Assembly (NCBI RefSeq): GCF_932526225.1
Contig: NC_064039.1
Location: 6,321,459 to 6,385,458, forward strand
Direction: 5' to 3'
DNA length: 64,000 nt
From: Nematostella vectensis
Taxonomy: Eukaryota
Position 1 is the first letter of the stretch. Each line of letters opens with the position of its first letter. This document shows, one piece after another, positions 26,205 to 36,787 of the stretch. The notes under the pieces were generated by a model. The model had not been told where the DNA came from. It was given only the letters and a program-made list of their open reading frames with translations, and ran no database searches. The position numbers were made by a program, and so were the translations under genes.

Positions 26205-26284
26205 GTAAGTGATATTCTGAACAATTCAAGAGTAAGAGCAAAAAAACCAAAGTTCATGTTACATGGTATAGAATCATTACTCTC

Positions 26285-26640
26285 ATTTACTTTTCTTACT
26301 TTCCTTTATCAAATACATATAAGTCCTCCCTGCCATACATATTATTGGTAAAAAAATTAACTAGTTCTTACTTTTCTTTATGAAATACATAAAAGTCCTC
26401 CCTGCCTTACATATTGGAATAACAATTTAACTAGTGCTTACTTTCCTTTATCAAACACATATAAGTCTTCACTGCCATACATTCAAATAACAATTCAACT
26501 AGTGCTTACTTTCCTTTATAAAATACATTTAAGTCCTCCCTGCCCTACATATTATTGGAATAACAATTCAACTAGTTCTTACTTTCCTTTATCAAATACA
26601 TATAAGTCCTCCCTGCCATACATATTATTGGAATAATTGT
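26285..26640. repeat. Tandem repeat, about 5.5 copies of a roughly 62 bp unit, in intron 2 of HAD copy 2
   Basis: Unit: ctagtgcttactttcctttatcaaatacatataagtcctccctgccatacatattattggaataacaattcaa. Confidence 0.85.
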
Positions 26641-26929
26641 TCAACTAGAAATCCTAACAGAAGAGGGGCATAGCCAAAGTAAGAGTTTTTTGTCAAGGAG
26701 GAGGGGAGGGTAGAGCATTTCTCAGTCATTCTCATCGTCTTTAATAAAACTTCTTCAGGGCAGACCTGGCCTGCCCTGAAGAAGTCGTAGTAAAGGCTAT
26801 TAAAGGCGACTATTACTACTGGAAGTCCAATGCCACATTCTTTCATCTGCTTTTTGTAAAACTTCTTACTCTACTGGAGCACCGCTGTAGGCCTTGTGAT
26901 ATTGGGGAAGAGGCACAATATGGAAACAT

Positions 26930-27195
26930 TGATAAAATACTGGTGCAGGGGGGGGATTGAACAGCCATGCCCCTACTGTTCGTTTCCTTACAATTTTGAA
27001 AATGCTACCAGGGACGTATCAGGCAGGAGCTGCCTACCTATCAGCGGCGTAGCCAGAATTTTTAACAGGAAGGGGCCCAAAATGCCCTTTCAAGGCATTT
27101 TCTTCTGTATTCTAGATAATGTCTCAAACATTTACTGTATCTTTGGCTGCTAGAAGGGGGGCCCCGGGCCCCCTGGGCCACCCCCCTGGCTACAC
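26930..27195. repeat. Member of a dispersed G/C-tract element family
   Basis: Contains gggggggattgaacagccatgcccctactgttcgtttccttacaattttgaaaat...ggggggccccgggccccctgggccacccccctggc. A related segment at 54170-54260 reads tattgggttgcacagccatgcacgtacacgtcatttccttatattttttt. Confidence 0.5.
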
Positions 27196-27281
27196 CCCTC
27201 CTACCTATTCTCCAAACTGGAGATGGTATTGAATATATATAGGATGTAACGATTTAATAATCCATTTCTCATCTTCTTTAG

Positions 27282-27375
27282 GGATATTGGTCTGGAGGCT
27301 ATCAAGGCGGCAGGACTTGGTCTCGCTGTTGATGTGCGGTTAATGGATGACTATCCCAAAGCTTCTGGTGCTTAA
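27282..27375 (+). CDS. HAD hydrolase copy 2, exon 3 (terminal)
   Basis: Acceptor tctttag|g. Protein: (T)DIGLEAIKAAGLGLAVDVRLMDDYPKASGA*. TAA stop at 27373-27375. Confidence 0.8.
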
Positions 27376-29289
27376 GGACAAGATTGTCAGATATAGAAAA
27401 CACGAGAAAAGAAACATCATGTGCACCTAATACATACTCACAATTTCCTTTATGCTCAAACACATCATACTGTACCTTCTAAGCTTTTCAAGACGTAGTA
27501 GGTCCTAAAAAATACTCATGCAAGAGGAAGCCAAGTTGGGAAGAAATCTGCCATGCAGAGATAAAAATATTTATTTTTAATCTGATGTTTTACCATGTTA
27601 ATAAGTAATGGAACCCCAGGGCATCAAGGCTGAGTGGAACCTGAAACTAAAGTCTGGCTTTAGCAAGCAAGTACTAGCAAAATACCGGCGAATTGGGAAA
27701 AAAACTGTTTTTCTCTCTCGAAAATGTGAACACAAAAAAATATTGTGCGAGAAACCAAAAGTTATTTATTTTTAATCGAATGATATACCATCCTAATCTA
27801 AATGCTGTCTTTATTTATATCAAAGCAAAAAAATGCAGTTCAAATTTTTACAGGGATTGGTTGTGATACACTTTTTATGGGACTGAATAAAAGACAAAAA
27901 ATATTAGTGACCCTTTTTCAGGCAACTTCAAAACCCTGGAACCACAGTGGCATCATTAAACGTGGGTATTTGTCTCTAGCCCTTATTTTCAAGCACATGA
28001 GCTTTCTCACACATTTATGATATTTATTTATATGTATTATTGCAACATCTTTCTCTTATATTGGCCGTGTTTTATTTCAATCAATAGCAATTTTTACATT
28101 CATCATGGTGCAGAAATGTCCACGTTTTAGAATGCATACCCTGTGTAAGATGGCTTATTGTTGAGAAATTTAAAAAAAACCTTGTCTGTACTGTGTTTTT
28201 ACAGACACGCTCTTTTGAAGCTCACGACCAATCAGGGCGCGTGCTTCACTGGTGTTATTTTATATCAGCCTTTATTATATAGTGTCAGCATTTTATGGTC
28301 CCATTTGTGGTTTCTTTGAAAAAGCTTGTATTGCAATCCATAAAAGTAAAAGCGATTTGTGATCTCGGCGATTATAATGTTACCTCTAGTATAGAGCACC
28401 TCTACTACGAGGTAACCATTTTCCATCCCCAAATGTATTATTCCCTTATACCAGGGACTTGTGAGAGATCTCTCACAATTCCTTGCTTATACTATACCCT
28501 CAACTATAACCAATCTCATTATCCCTTTGGTGACAATAAGGACCCGGTCGCACTAGCAAGATGTTCACCAGATGTCAGGGACATTTAGATAGACATGTTT
28601 GTCCCGTGGCATCTACGCACTATCAGACATTCTTAAATTATGAAATTAAGGTCGCACTGGTTACAACATCCGTGGATCGATCACGAGCCCTAAAAATAAC
28701 ATCGTATGTCATTCATCTGCGTTTCCTTCGCAGGTGGGAGATTCGAAAAGCAAATACTCTCTGCATGATGCACGTCTGCATATTAAGTCATGAATAGAAA
28801 AAATCTGCTGCTTTTCGTGTGGATGTACCTATACATCGTGCTGCGTTAGTCTGATGCATAGCTGTTGCTTTTACTCAGTTAATTGCAAATTTAGTTGTCT
28901 ATTATGCACCGAAGGCGAAGACGTACATGTTTGGCTTAGAATTGACCGTTCCTCAAGCCGCCAGATTGTTGGAAATAAGGGATTTTGGTAGGGATTCACC
29001 TCTAGCTTTGAAGGCGAAGCGATGGTTGCTATTTGAGACCATTTACGTTTTTTGTGTGAGTGACGTTCTTTGCGCGATAAGAATAAAAACAAACAGAGTT
29101 CCCCCGATATCAGGTAGATGGGCTCCTTTGAAGTTTTGTCCCGACCGGCGAATTTGTCGTGTTGCGTAAAAACATAGGTCGCACTTGGCTTCGTAACATG
29201 TCACGTACATCTGTCAGTTTTTGAGCTTATCTATACAGAGATCTCCTGGACATCTTGCTAGTGCGACCAGGCCCTAAATGATTCCACAC

Positions 29290-29335
29290 GCTACCCGGAA
29301 GTGAATATCCCACCAACCGGAAGTGAATATTCCAC
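29290..29335 (+). promoter_or_regulatory. Duplicated ETS/GABP-type site CCGGAAGTGAATAT, about 200 bp upstream of the LMF start codon
   Basis: ctacccggaagtgaatatcccaccaaccggaagtgaatattccacc. This matches TATA-less promoter architecture. Assignment is by position only. Confidence 0.4.
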
Positions 29336-29540
29336 CTGCTAGCTATTGCAATTTTACCCGCAAGTAAGGGCTTTGTTGTTGCTGAGCTTTGCGTTTTCTT
29401 GTAATTTATTATAGAATAATTTCCCTCTAAAGAGATATGGATTCTCCAGAAAGATACACTCCTAAAAAATGTTGCGAGGTACGTGTTAGTGAGGTCTTCC
29501 CACATGGAAATCAACTCGGGTGACGAACAAAGGGCGATCG

Positions 29541-29652
29541 ATGAATATGGCGCCGATCAAGATACCGCATCAACAAGTTCGACAAGGGTTTCTCTGGTGT
29601 CTGGCCGCCATTTATATGTTCGCATTCACCTCCTTGTACGTCCAAATACCTG
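29541..29652 (+). CDS. LMF: Lipase maturation factor (LMF1/LMF2 family, DUF1222), exon 1
   Basis: Protein: MNMAPIKIPHQQVRQGFLWCLAAIYMFAFTSLYVQIPG. It resembles the LMF N-terminal TM1 (..LAFASLYVQIPGLYG..). Donor CCTG|gtaatt, phase 1. Confidence 0.7.
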
Positions 29653-29965
29653 GTAATTATGAACCGTCCACTTCACTAAAGTACAGACAATGGGATATAT
29701 GACAGAATCGGTGTTGAGTTCAATTGACGGTTTTAAGGAACGGAGCACGAATGAGCTCTTACTGCATTTAATCGAATAAGCGCCTTCCCTGAATAAGAGT
29801 CTAAAATGTACTAAAATAAACATCAGTCGCGACTTGTCGCGATTAGTAGATTGTACTACAATGCAAGTTAACGGACGACGTCCGAAGCTTGGGAACCAGG
29901 GTAGAATGACACACGCCGCGTTCAAATAAAAAAAACGCCTGTCAGACATTGCGCAATACATTGTT

Positions 29966-30135
29966 TCCTCCACTATACCCGGTCTATTAAATCGTTATAA
30001 AAATCGATACAAATCGGTGATTTTTATCGTTGTATCCGTGAAATCGAAAACATTGGGAAAATAAGAGTGCGGAAATCGATAATATCGATTTTTTTATATT
30101 TATCGTTTTTTAACGACTTGACCGGGACTATACTG
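29966..30135. mobile_element. Small MITE-like element with imperfect TIRs (actatacccggtc / gaccgggactatac) and an ATCGAT-rich interior
   Basis: 29966 ccactatacccggtctatt versus 30118 cttgaccgggactatactg. The interior repeats aaatcgat and atcgat palindromes. It sits in LMF intron 1. Confidence 0.3.
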
Positions 30136-30590
30136 TTAGTTGGATAGTAGCGACTGAACAGCGGCATTTGTTCTAAACAATTGATGTGGTATGCGCAAAT
30201 AAACATTGCGAGACATACTCAATCGCGCTTCAATGCCACTGACTTAACTCGTCAGTAAATATATCGACTGCTCCGAGCAATTCACATACATGAGCTTAGT
30301 AGTCCTTTAGTACTGTCACAAAAGATGGTACCACGGGCCAGCGACCAGAAGGTTTTTCTACGTGACTCAATACGGAGGAGAGCGCGACCTAAAACGACTC
30401 TCTGACCCATATGTTTTGAGCCAGGATTTAACACCTTAGATCTGCCTTTTTGATAGTAATGGACCTTTTCGCTGTTAGAAATACAGTACTTGGAAGGCCT
30501 GTGGTTCAACACCATAGGAAGGCTCAAACGTGGATGTTTTGGCGAGAATGGTATGGAGTACTAAATAAATCCTCTGCTATTCTTTGCTAG

Positions 30591-30641
30591 GATTGTATGG
30601 GGATCGTGGTCTTCTACCAGCACGTTACATCCTGCACGACC
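30591..30641 (+). CDS. LMF: LMF exon 2
   Basis: Acceptor ttgctag|. Protein: (G)LYGDRGLLPARYILHD, matching the conserved LMF PGLYG..GILPAR motif. Donor C|gtgagt. Confidence 0.8.
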
Positions 30642-30713
30642 GTGAGTAAACATTGCGTGACGCGCATTATGTGTGTTGCGTTACCGCCACTAATCTTGGC
30701 ATCTGCAATCCTA

Positions 30714-30831
30714 GTGTCTACGTGCGCCGATAAGCACACATCTTGTCAGCGGTGGGCATCTGCAGGGGAGTGTCACAACAACAGTAGATGGATGACGTCA
30801 CACTGCTCGAAAAGCTGCGACAGTTGCCAAG
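30714..30831 (+). CDS. ShKT (ShK-toxin-like) six-cysteine domain exon, nested in LMF intron 2 in sense orientation
   Basis: Acceptor atcctag|. Protein: VSTCADKHTSCQRWASAGECHNNSRWMTSHCSKSCDSCQG. The cysteine spacing C-x6-C-x8-C-x10-C-x3-C-x2-C with CxD, W and M positions fits the ShKT consensus. Donor CAAG|gtaata. The phases are not compatible with inclusion between LMF exons 2 and 3. Confidence 0.45.
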
Positions 30832-31341
30832 GTAATACGGTGTCAGGGGAGGCATAAGACAACGCCAAGTTCCGAAACACACTAATATTAGGTGGATAAT
30901 CAAAGAACTATAAAAGCCCCCCTATCTCTAGCAAAAATAACAACAACGAATAAACAACCCAAACCTAATCCCTTGTACTTCCAATTCCTTTTCGTTACAC
31001 CCACCCTACCCATCATTCTCTAGCATTCTCTAGGCTTCTGGCTTCCGTCATATGAATTTCTTGAAGCGGGATTCATTGACCAGCACTGAAATAGTTTCAA
31101 AGCGCGCCACCTCTCCGCAAACCGCTGACCAAGAAAAAGAACCAAATATAATTCCAATGGTGAAATCAAGAAAGCGGTTTGCCATGTGGAAATTGTTGAT
31201 GACTGTTCGCGGAGTACTTAAGATCGTGTATGGTTCCTTATTTTTGTTGCAGATGCCTAACTACTATGTTCCATTGCCTACCCTCATGTGGATACGCATG
31301 GCTTCTTATATCATAATCCTTGGCCCTTATTCTTGTCACAG

Positions 31342-31541
31342 ATACCTCTCTTAGTAGCGTGTTCCGTAGGACACCTACCCTCTTGTGGCTGACGCCCTTG
31401 CTGGGTCTAAATACCTCGTCTGGCATGGAGCTTCTGTGTCTGGTCGGGGCGGTCCTGTCCATGGTGTTACTTGTCTCTCAGAGGTGCCGCGATTGTATCG
31501 CATTCTTGTTGCTATGGTTTCTGTACTATTCCATGGTCCAG
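31342..31541 (+). CDS. LMF: LMF exon 3
   Basis: Protein: (H)TSLSSVFRRTPTLLWLTPLLGLNTSSGMELLCLVGAVLSMVLLVSQRCRDCIAFLLLWFLYYSMVQ. Compare the human LMF1 motif SPTLLWLAPRLGLDTEQGMELLCLLGA...RDSLTF.LLW.LYLSLYQ. Acceptor cacag|, donor CAG|gtaggc. Confidence 0.85.
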
Positions 31542-31822
31542 GTAGGCTGTAACCACGTGACTTACAGCGACCTTATACAACCTTTTTTCTAAGTCTATGG
31601 TAACTTGTGGGGTGTATCCTTTACCCCCTCCCCCAAAAGGTATACGCATATCCTTTACCCACTCCCCGAAAGGTGTACGCATATCCTTATTTACCCCCTC
31701 CCCCCAAAGGTATACGCATGGTAATCCTAGAATAAACTGACAATGACGTTTCGTGCTCATTTGCATATTATACACACCTTGCAGTATAAAGTGACCGCCT
31801 CTTTTCACAATTCGTGTTTCAG

Positions 31823-31851
31823 GTTGGCCAGATTTTCATATGGTACCAGTG
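31823..31851 (+). CDS. LMF: LMF exon 4 (micro-exon)
   Basis: Protein: VGQIFIWYQW, compare LMF VGQVFLYFQW. Acceptor gtttcag|, donor TG|gtaagc. Confidence 0.7.
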
Positions 31852-32049
31852 GTAAGCATTTTTTTATACCAATACTCAACCGTAAAAACATTTTTTTTAT
31901 AGATTTACTTGTGATTCGCATTCATCCAATATATATTCTGTTGCGCTTGCATCCATTCAACATACTGTGTGCTACTCGTAGCGCTTGTGCAACCTAATCC
32001 CTTGCGATTTGACTGGGTTTCCTGTGATTACTGGGATATTTGCCGTCAC

Positions 32050-32880
32050 AGCGGTTCATCTACGAGCACAGGAAACCCGTTAAGCACGCCAGGGACTAGG
32101 CTGAACACAGGAAACCCGGTAAGCACGCCAGAGACTAGGCTTGACACAGGAAACTCGGTTAGCACGCCAGAGACTAGGCTTGACACAGGAAACCCGGTAA
32201 TCACGCCAGAGACTAGGCTTGACACAGGAAACCCGGTAATCACGCCAGAGACTAGGCTTGACACAGGAAACTCGGTTAGCACGCCAGAGACTAGGCTTGA
32301 CACAGGAAACTCGGTTAGCACGCCAGAGACTAGGCTTGACACAGGAAACCCGTTAAGCACGCCAGGGACTAGGCTGAACACAGGAAACCCGGTAAGCACG
32401 CCAGAGACTAGGCTTGACACAGGAAACCCGGTAATCACGCCAGAGACTAGGCTTGACACAGGAAACTCGGTAAGCACGCCAGAGACTAGGCTTGACACAG
32501 GAAACTAGGTAAGCACGCAAGAGACTAGGCTGAACACAGGAAACCCGGTAAGCACGCCAGAGACTAGGCTTGACACAGGAAACTAGGTAAGCACGCCAGA
32601 GACTAGGCTTGACACAGGAAACCCGGTAAGCACGTCAGAGACTAGGCTTGACACAGGAAACTAGGTAAGCACGCCAGAGACTAGGCTTGACACAGGAAAC
32701 CCGGTAAGCACGCCAGAGACTAGGCTGAACACAGGAAACCCGGTAAGCACGTCAGAGACTAGGCTGAACACAGGAAACCCGGTAAGCACGTCAGAGACTA
32801 GGCTGAACACAGGGAACCCGGTAAGCACGCCAAAGACTAGGACTCAGGAAACCCGGTTAGCACACCAAGGACAAGGCAGT
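32050..32880. repeat. 40 bp satellite of about 21 copies in LMF intron 4. Unit: gacacaggaaacccggtaagcacgccagagactaggctt.
   Basis: Period 40, for example ttgacacagg at 32141 and 32181. ORFs 31969-32508 (+) and 32046-32498 (-) stay open through the array because the unit lacks stop codons in several frames. They are repeat artefacts. Confidence 0.9.
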
Positions 32881-33064
32881 CAGTCAGCTTCACTATAATA
32901 GGTTAACAGGCTTCAAGCGTGTGACGACTATGCTGGGACTTTTGTAGAGGTTATTACTGTAAAATCCTAGGTATCGACTTATGGTCAATCGTATTCATTG
33001 AATGCGTACTTGATGAGGATTTTTTTGTAGAATCTAAAGCTGGATCCCGTACTATGTTTTATAG

Positions 33065-33172
33065 GGACGGGTTGCTATGGGAGACGGGATTTCTTGCTAT
33101 ACTCATAGCTCCATGGAACATTGGCCCCGCTCGCTCAGAAAAACAACGTTGTTTCTACTGCAAACGCGACAG
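33065..33172 (+). CDS. LMF: LMF exon 5
   Basis: Protein: (W)DGLLWETGFLAILIAPWNIGPARSEKQRCFYCKRDR, compare LMF DSLLLETGFLAVLVAP. Acceptor ttttatag|, donor AG|gtatgc. Confidence 0.8.
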
Positions 33173-33433
33173 GTATGCCACCACTAATTATGGATTAGCC
33201 GCTATGATATCGGGTAGGGGAGATTTTAGCCAAAATGAAAACATGAAATGAAACATGAAACTGTTTCGTTTGAAAGGACATTATTTTATCTTCTTAATCT
33301 AATGCACATTTTGTTGATACGAATAGTGTTATTTCATACGATATCGCAGAAACCGCTACGTCTCTATCACTACAAATTCACCTTTGCAACTAAAACAGAG
33401 CTAAAGAAAATGGCTATCTTTCAAAACATTTAG

Positions 33434-33584
33434 AAACACGGCCCGCCATCATGACGCGGTATCCCTGTGGTTAGTCAAATGGCTGCTCTTCCGGTTGATG
33501 TTCGCTTCCGGTGTGGTCAAGCTGTACTTCATGGACACCACGTGGTGGGAGCTCACCGCCATGTACTGGCATTACGAGTCTCAG
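33434..33584 (+). CDS. LMF: LMF exon 6
   Basis: Protein: (R)[50 protein letters not shown]. Compare human LMF1 [22 protein letters not shown]...WW.LTAL.YHYETQ. Donor CAG|gtcagc. Confidence 0.9.
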
Positions 33585-33829
33585 GTCAGCTTGATAGCCG
33601 AGCTTGATAGACGAGAAGTAACTCTGACTTGCACTTCCGTGCTACTCCTTGATACAAAGTTCACATCAAAATAAGTTACAAAGAATTTCATTTATTGCAT
33701 TTCTTGGATTCTGTTATAATTCATGAATGTATGTGAAGCGTCAGTGACTGTAAACTCGGTACTAACCTCTAGTGGGTCCGTTTTTGTGGGATATAAATTA
33801 TTGTAAATGCTTTCCGCCATTTTTAGGCA

Positions 33830-34075
33830 TGCAGCCAGTTGTCCATATCTACGTGTTGCGCATGTGTTCGCCCGGTTCATTCTTGTGTTGCGCTTGTGTT
33901 CGCCCGGTTCATTCTTGTGTTGCGTTTGTGTTCGCCCGGTTCATTTTCATGTTGCGCTTTGCTTCATAACTGTTTTTCTGTGTTGCGCTTGTGTTCGTCC
34001 ATGTGTTTACCCGGTTCTTACTTGTTCATAACAGTGTTTTCGTATTTGTTCGTATTTGAGTTGCGCTTATGTTCG
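33830..34075. repeat. Tandem repeat of about 6 copies, roughly 36 bp each (gtgttgcgcttgtgttcgcccggttcattctt), in LMF intron 6
   Basis: Imperfect head-to-tail copies are visible at 33850-34010. Confidence 0.75.
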
Positions 34076-34105
34076 CCGATGTAGCAATTAACTATCTTTT
34101 TTTAG

Positions 34106-34179
34106 TGCATTCCCACCCCGGTTGCTTGGTACTTCCACAAGCTCCCTAAATGGTTTCACCGATTAAGCGTCGTCATTAC
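34106..34179 (+). CDS. LMF: LMF exon 7
   Basis: Protein: CIPTPVAWYFHKLPKWFHRLSVVIT, compare human LMF1 [25 protein letters not shown]. Donor AC|gtgagt. Confidence 0.9.
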
Positions 34180-34277
34180 GTGAGTTTCTCTAAAAATTCT
34201 ACCCCAATTATGAAAACCTTTCCAGTTTCCGGTGTTAAATGTCACTTTGAGCGCATCATTTTGTTGTGTGTTCACAG

Positions 34278-34356
34278 CTATGTGATCGAGATGGGCCTCC
34301 CATTTCTGTTCTTCGTTCCAGTGAGAGTGATTCGGATATTTGCTTACTTCGGACAG
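34278..34356 (+). CDS. LMF: LMF exon 8
   Basis: Protein: (T)YVIEMGLPFLFFVPVRVIRIFAYFGQ, compare LMF1 [26 protein letters not shown]. Donor CAG|gtatgt. Confidence 0.9.
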
Positions 34357-34463
34357 GTATGTCGGGTGGATTGTTTGCTAGCGCAAGAAGCGATGAGAAC
34401 TCCGTACCTTTATTTCTCAAAATAATTACCCTTCATCACCTAGGTACTTGTTATTCGTCGTAG

Positions 34464-34614
34464 GTGTTTCTACAGTTATTGATCTTGATCACCGGCAACT
34501 ACAACTTCTTCAATCTCCTGACGATGACTCTTTGCATTTCGCTTCTTGATGACGTCTTCATTACGACACCTATCACGTGCTCTTGTTCGTCCAATTGCTG
34601 TAGAAAGAAGTATT
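34464..34614 (+). CDS. LMF: LMF exon 9
   Basis: Protein: [50 protein letters not shown], compare LMF1 [30 protein letters not shown]. Donor T|gtgagt. The 5' boundary may instead lie at 34473. Confidence 0.8.
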
Positions 34615-34700
34615 GTGAGTAAAGTTGTCAAAAAATCTATTGGGATTAACTTACAGCTTCTGTGAAACTGTGAAAATTGACGTGTTGTTATCCTTTTTAG

Positions 34701-34811
34701 CGAAGTCCGTTCAAGACAACGTTGACTCGGCAGAATCTTCCACCACAGGGGGAGAAAAAGTAGAAGCCGGTTTAAACAAGTTTCAACAGCACAAGAAAAA
34801 AACAAATAAAG
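34701..34811 (+). CDS. LMF: LMF exon 10
   Basis: Acceptor ctttttag|, donor G|gtaagg. Protein: (S)KSVQDNVDSAESSTTGGEKVEAGLNKFQQHKKKTNK. The reading frame is consistent with its neighbours. Confidence 0.6.
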
Positions 34812-35075
34812 GTAAGGGCGTTATCGTAGGTAGCTTGTCAACCTCGGCCCCAGGGCTTGAAGGAAAAAAAAAATAAATATGGCGTCAGTTGTATTTCTCG
34901 CTAGACGAGCTAGACATCACTATTATTTATAATTACCCAGAAGACCCTGGGAACGGGGTTATTAGTTTGTGCGTCTTCTATGCCATTCAGCGCCGAGGTC
35001 TATTTCAGTCTTTACTGATCTTTGTTGATGGGGGTTGTAAATCGTTACTGACCGATTGAAAGCATTTTTTCTCAG

Positions 35076-35312
35076 GTGACGACGCAGTATTTCAGAGCCT
35101 TTTGACTGTTTTTATCAGCCGAATGAACTCAAAGGGCTCGTCACCTCATCGTGTTGAGGCCTTTCGAGACTTTACGCACAGTACGATGGCAGGACGGATA
35201 AAAACAGCGTCAATTGCCGCGTCATTCCTAGCGACCATGGTCACCATCGGAATATTAATTAATAGATGGTTTTGGTTTGAAACAACAAATGGTGGGCTGT
35301 ACAGCTGGATAG
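35076..35312 (+). CDS. LMF: LMF exon 11
   Basis: Acceptor ttttctcag|, donor G|gtgagg. Protein: (G)DDAVFQSLLTVFISRMNSKGSSPHRVEAFRDFTHSTMAGRIKTASIAASFLATMVTIGILINRWFWFETTNGGLYSWI. Frame is maintained. Confidence 0.65.
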
Positions 35313-35799
35313 GTGAGGATGAAGATCACAAAATATAGGGAAAATATAGGGGGGTGGGGTGGGTGGAAGATAAGCGGAGAAGGCATCAAGATGATAAAAG
35401 TGAGCACTACTGGGGCGTATCCAAGAAACTATAGTGAACTTAAAGGCAAAATAGAACAATTGCTCTCCTTTTATCACATCTATTCCAAATAAGGTTGCAC
35501 TCAGAGAGTCTTTGTGTCGTAACCTTCAGTGCTTCAAAGGTATCAAATAAATAAAATGAATTTTGTAAACCTTAAGTGATTTTACATAAGTACCAGTAAA
35601 ATTCACATTGCAATTCATATTCACATTCAGATTTACCAGATTCCAGATTTCCCCGTCATCAGGTGCGCCGTTACAACGCAAGGCTTCACTAATGCAATCT
35701 TGTTTGAAATGGGAATATAAACGTAGTTTATATTCCTGTTATGACATCTACTACAAGGCTGGTCCCAGCTCTGCAATAATCAGCTAATTTCATTACTTT

Positions 35800-35905
35800 G
35801 ATGTTACAGCCTTTTCTCCGGCGGACTTTCGGTATGCCGTTGACATAGCAACGCTTGCAGCTATCTGGGTTGGATTGATTTCACTAATGTTGGAAATCGT
35901 TTCTG
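35800..35905 (+). CDS. LMF: LMF exon 12
   Basis: Acceptor gttacag|, donor CG|gtaaaa. Protein: (A)FSPADFRYAVDIATLAAIWVGLISLMLEIVSALL, a hydrophobic TM-like segment. Confidence 0.6.
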
Positions 35906-36624
35906 CTCTTTTACGGTAAAAGTTCTGTGAATGCTCTTCAAGTTGTATTTCTGCGGTTATCAATATTCTGCGAACTCTTATCGAAGATTTTTGAACTAGT
36001 CGCCTTCTGGCTTCCGTCACTCAAAATTCTTGAAGCATTTTTATTTACCAGCACGAAAGCGGTTTAGCAGTTGGAAATTAATTAAGAGATAGGAGTAAAT
36101 ATAGGAGTAAATAAAGGAAATGCTGAGACCACTTTTTATCCTTTTAACGTTATACGTTTTCTCCACAGATATATTTTAATACTTGATTTCTTGATTTCCT
36201 AGAAATAACAATCCGTTCCTCGTTTGGGAAATAGCGCGTTGTACAATTTTTTTTTCTTTCCTTCTTTTTCGACGCGTAAGCAGAACGAGATTGCACGTAG
36301 GCAATCATCATTACACACACAATCTCGTTCCCAGCGCCCAGTACCTTAATGTCAGCGGCAAGGTGCAAGTTGCATGTTTCCTTGCCGCTGGCTCAAAAGG
36401 TACGTGGGCTCTTGGAACGAGATTACTTAACACTGACACCAATCAGCTGTTACATGGTTTATGGCATAGCAGTCGTTTGAAGTTTTACATGGTCGCTTAA
36501 TTGATTACGCGCTATTTCTAGACAGGACAAAAATTTAAATTCTTGGCGGACCCAAAATTACGGATCAGTATTAAAGCCTAGCTATACTAGAAATGCATCA
36601 CTGATTAATTTTCTTTTGTTCCAG

Positions 36625-36787
36625 GTGCTTTCTTGAAGGCGGTGAAAGACTGAAGCAGACGTGTTCTCTAGTCCAGTGTGTGGCTGTCTCTCTTGTAGCA
36701 CTTTTGTTATTTGCAGTCTCCCTAGTACGTGAAAACCAAAGTCACATAGCGACGAATGTCGTGTTGATAATGGGCGCTATCCTGGGG
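36625..36787 (+). CDS. LMF: Candidate LMF exon 13 with an uncertain 3' end. Read-through gives a TAG stop at 36791-36793.
   Basis: Acceptor ttgttccag|, in phase with exon 12. Protein: (R)CFLEGGERLKQTCSLVQCVAVSLVALLLFAVSLVRENQSHIATNVVLIMGAILG. A weak donor GGG|gtttag keeps phase 0 into the EYDF exon. Alternatively this is a terminal exon of a short isoform. Confidence 0.35.

Noticed and set aside
36291-36500. ORF 36291-36500 as a missing LMF exon (acceptor acgtag, donor aaaag|gtacgt)
   Set aside because: In-phase translation from exon 12 hits a stop, and other phases give no LMF-like sequence. It was left unannotated. The LMF model closes in phase without it via the candidate exon at 36625-36787.
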